In this document: positions 62,936 through 64,000 of the stretch, one piece after another | Position numbering within the stretch: the stretch's first letter is position 1 | Layout of the letters: each line of letters opens with the position of its first letter | Assembly (NCBI GenBank): GCA_963764725.1 | Contig: CAVXTM010000018.1 | Location: 288,001-352,000 of the forward strand | Direction of reading: 5' to 3' | Length of the DNA: 64,000 bases | Source: an uncultured Gammaproteobacteria bacterium | Lineage (GTDB): Bacteria > Pseudomonadota > Gammaproteobacteria > JACCXJ01 | Position numbers and translations under genes: made by a program | Notes under the pieces: model-generated | The model's input: the letters and a program-made list of their open reading frames with translations, nothing else | Told to the model about the DNA's origin: nothing | Databases searched by the model: none

Positions 62936-64000
62936 CTACCAGCCGATCGAAACGCCGATGGCGCCGGCGACCTCGTCCCTGCTGTTGGCCCCGACGCCGC
63001 CGCTCACTACGAGATTGGTGGTGGCCAGCCAGTTTAACTTCGCAGCGTAGCCCTCTCGGCCGTTGTAGCTGCCGACCGCAAAGCCAAGCGAAAAATCCTT
63101 GCCGGGAACCACGGACACGCTGGCGAGCGCGAGCGCCATGGCGACCCCGGCATCGAGATCGTTGAGGCGTTGGTCGTGTTGGGTGATCGTTGCTGAGTTG
63201 TCGGCGATCATCGCCTGGACGGCCGGTGCGAGCCGGTCATGGGTGACCGCTCCAAGCGCGATCTTGTCGGTCGTCACCGCGGCATTCTGAATGTTGCCCG
63301 CGGCCACCGAGTTGAGCGCGAGCTTCCGATTGCTGATCGCCCCGTCTTGGATCTTGGTCGTCGTGACGACATTGTCCTGGATGTTCGTGGTGCCGACGGC
63401 GTCGGTCGCCAACTTTGCGTTGGTCACCGCGCCGTTCTGGATGTTTGTCGTGCCGACAGCGTCGGTAGCGAGCTTAGCGTTCGTGACCGCCGCATCTTGG
63501 ATCTTAATGGTTGTTATCGCGCCGTCCTGAACCTTGGCCGTCGATATGGCGCCGTCCTGAACCTTTGCGTTCGTGACCGCCCCGTCTTGGATCTTTGCCG
63601 TCGTGACGGCATTGTCCTGGATGTTCGTGGTGCCGACGGCGTCGGTCGCCAACTTTGCGTTGGTCACCGCGCCGTTCTGGATGTTTGTCGTGCCGACAGC
63701 GTCGGTAGCGAGCTTAGCGTTCGTGACCGCCGCATCTTGGATCTTAATGGTTGTTATCGCGCCGTCCTGAACCTTAGCCGTCGATATGGCGCCGTCCTGA
63801 ACCTTTGCGTTCGTGACCGCCCCGTCTTGGATCTTTGCCGTCGAGACGGCGTTGTCCTGAATATTGGTGGTTCCAACGGCGTCGGTCGCGAGCTTCGCGT
63901 TGGTGACGGCGCCGTTCTGAATATTGGTCGTCGCGACGGAGTTGGCCGCCAGGTCTGCGTTCGAAACGGAGCCATCCTGGATCTTGGCGCTGTTGACGGC
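62936..64000 (-). CDS. Trimeric autotransporter adhesin, 3' part (YadA-like anchor, decapeptide-repeat passenger)
   Basis: Frame is open to the window end; repeats (I/V)Q(D/N)GAVTNAK; coiled coil, then AGVAMALA..VGSYNG..GVSIGW. Confidence 0.9.
   Translation of the reverse strand, partial: AVNSAKIQDGSVSNADLAANSVATTNIQNGAVTNAKLATDAVGTTNIQDNAVSTAKIQDGAVTNAKVQDGAISTAKVQDGAITTIKIQDAAVTNAKLATDAVGTTNIQNGAVTNAKLATDAVGTTNIQDNAVTTAKIQDGAVTNAKVQDGAISTAKVQDGAITTIKIQDAAVTNAKLATDAVGTTNIQNGAVTNAKLATDAVGTTNIQDNVVTTTKIQDGAISNRKLALNSVAAGNIQNAAVTTDKIALGAVTHDRLAPAVQAMIADNSATITQHDQRLNDLDAGVAMALALASVSVVPGKDFSLGFAVGSYNGREGYAAKLNWLATTNLVVSGGVGANSRDEVAGAIGVSIGW
63361..63840. repeat. 240-bp tandem duplication within the adhesin gene
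   Basis: 63361-63600 and 63601-63840 differ at 2 positions by eye. Confidence 0.92.

Overview
GC-rich gammaproteobacterial chromosomal window; the taxonomy is inferred from gene order, protein styles and a CTGT-N8-ACAG SOS box. Most of it is core housekeeping: dnaX-ybaB-recR-orn-nnr-tsaE-ami-mutL-miaA-hfq-hflX-hflK; SRP RNA; tRNA-Ser, -Pro and -Val; lexA, gor, argG; thrS-infC-rpmI-rplT-pheST-ihfA-merR; uvrB, an aminotransferase, hopanoid genes and a trimeric autotransporter. There are two accessory regions. (1) About 21.4-36.2 kb, between argG and tRNA-Pro, all on the minus strand: a CHASE2 class III cyclase with swapped base-specificity residues, a FecR-TPR-beta-barrel receptor, four paralogous two-Cys secreted proteins, an STN-like/HEAT protein, and an HTH-DUF4384-like plus TPR-CHAT protease pair sharing an RGL[VI][SA]D-acidic-P motif. 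The secreted proteins sit behind three promoters that share a 10-bp-periodic operator and a structured leader. This region is the best candidate for an undescribed signalling system. (2) About 44.0-55.2 kb: an inverted-repeat-flanked DUF559 cassette, a duplicated tRNA-Val around a degenerate IS110 whose bridge-RNA guides can be read directly, a 5.5-kb element with 47-bp terminal inverted repeats carrying a disrupted nuclease-STAND (Avs-like) gene, and a pentapeptide-repeat gene between uvrB and a deleted uvrB 5' duplicate. Several single-base indels may be sequencing errors. All family assignments come from motif recognition by eye; no database searches were run.
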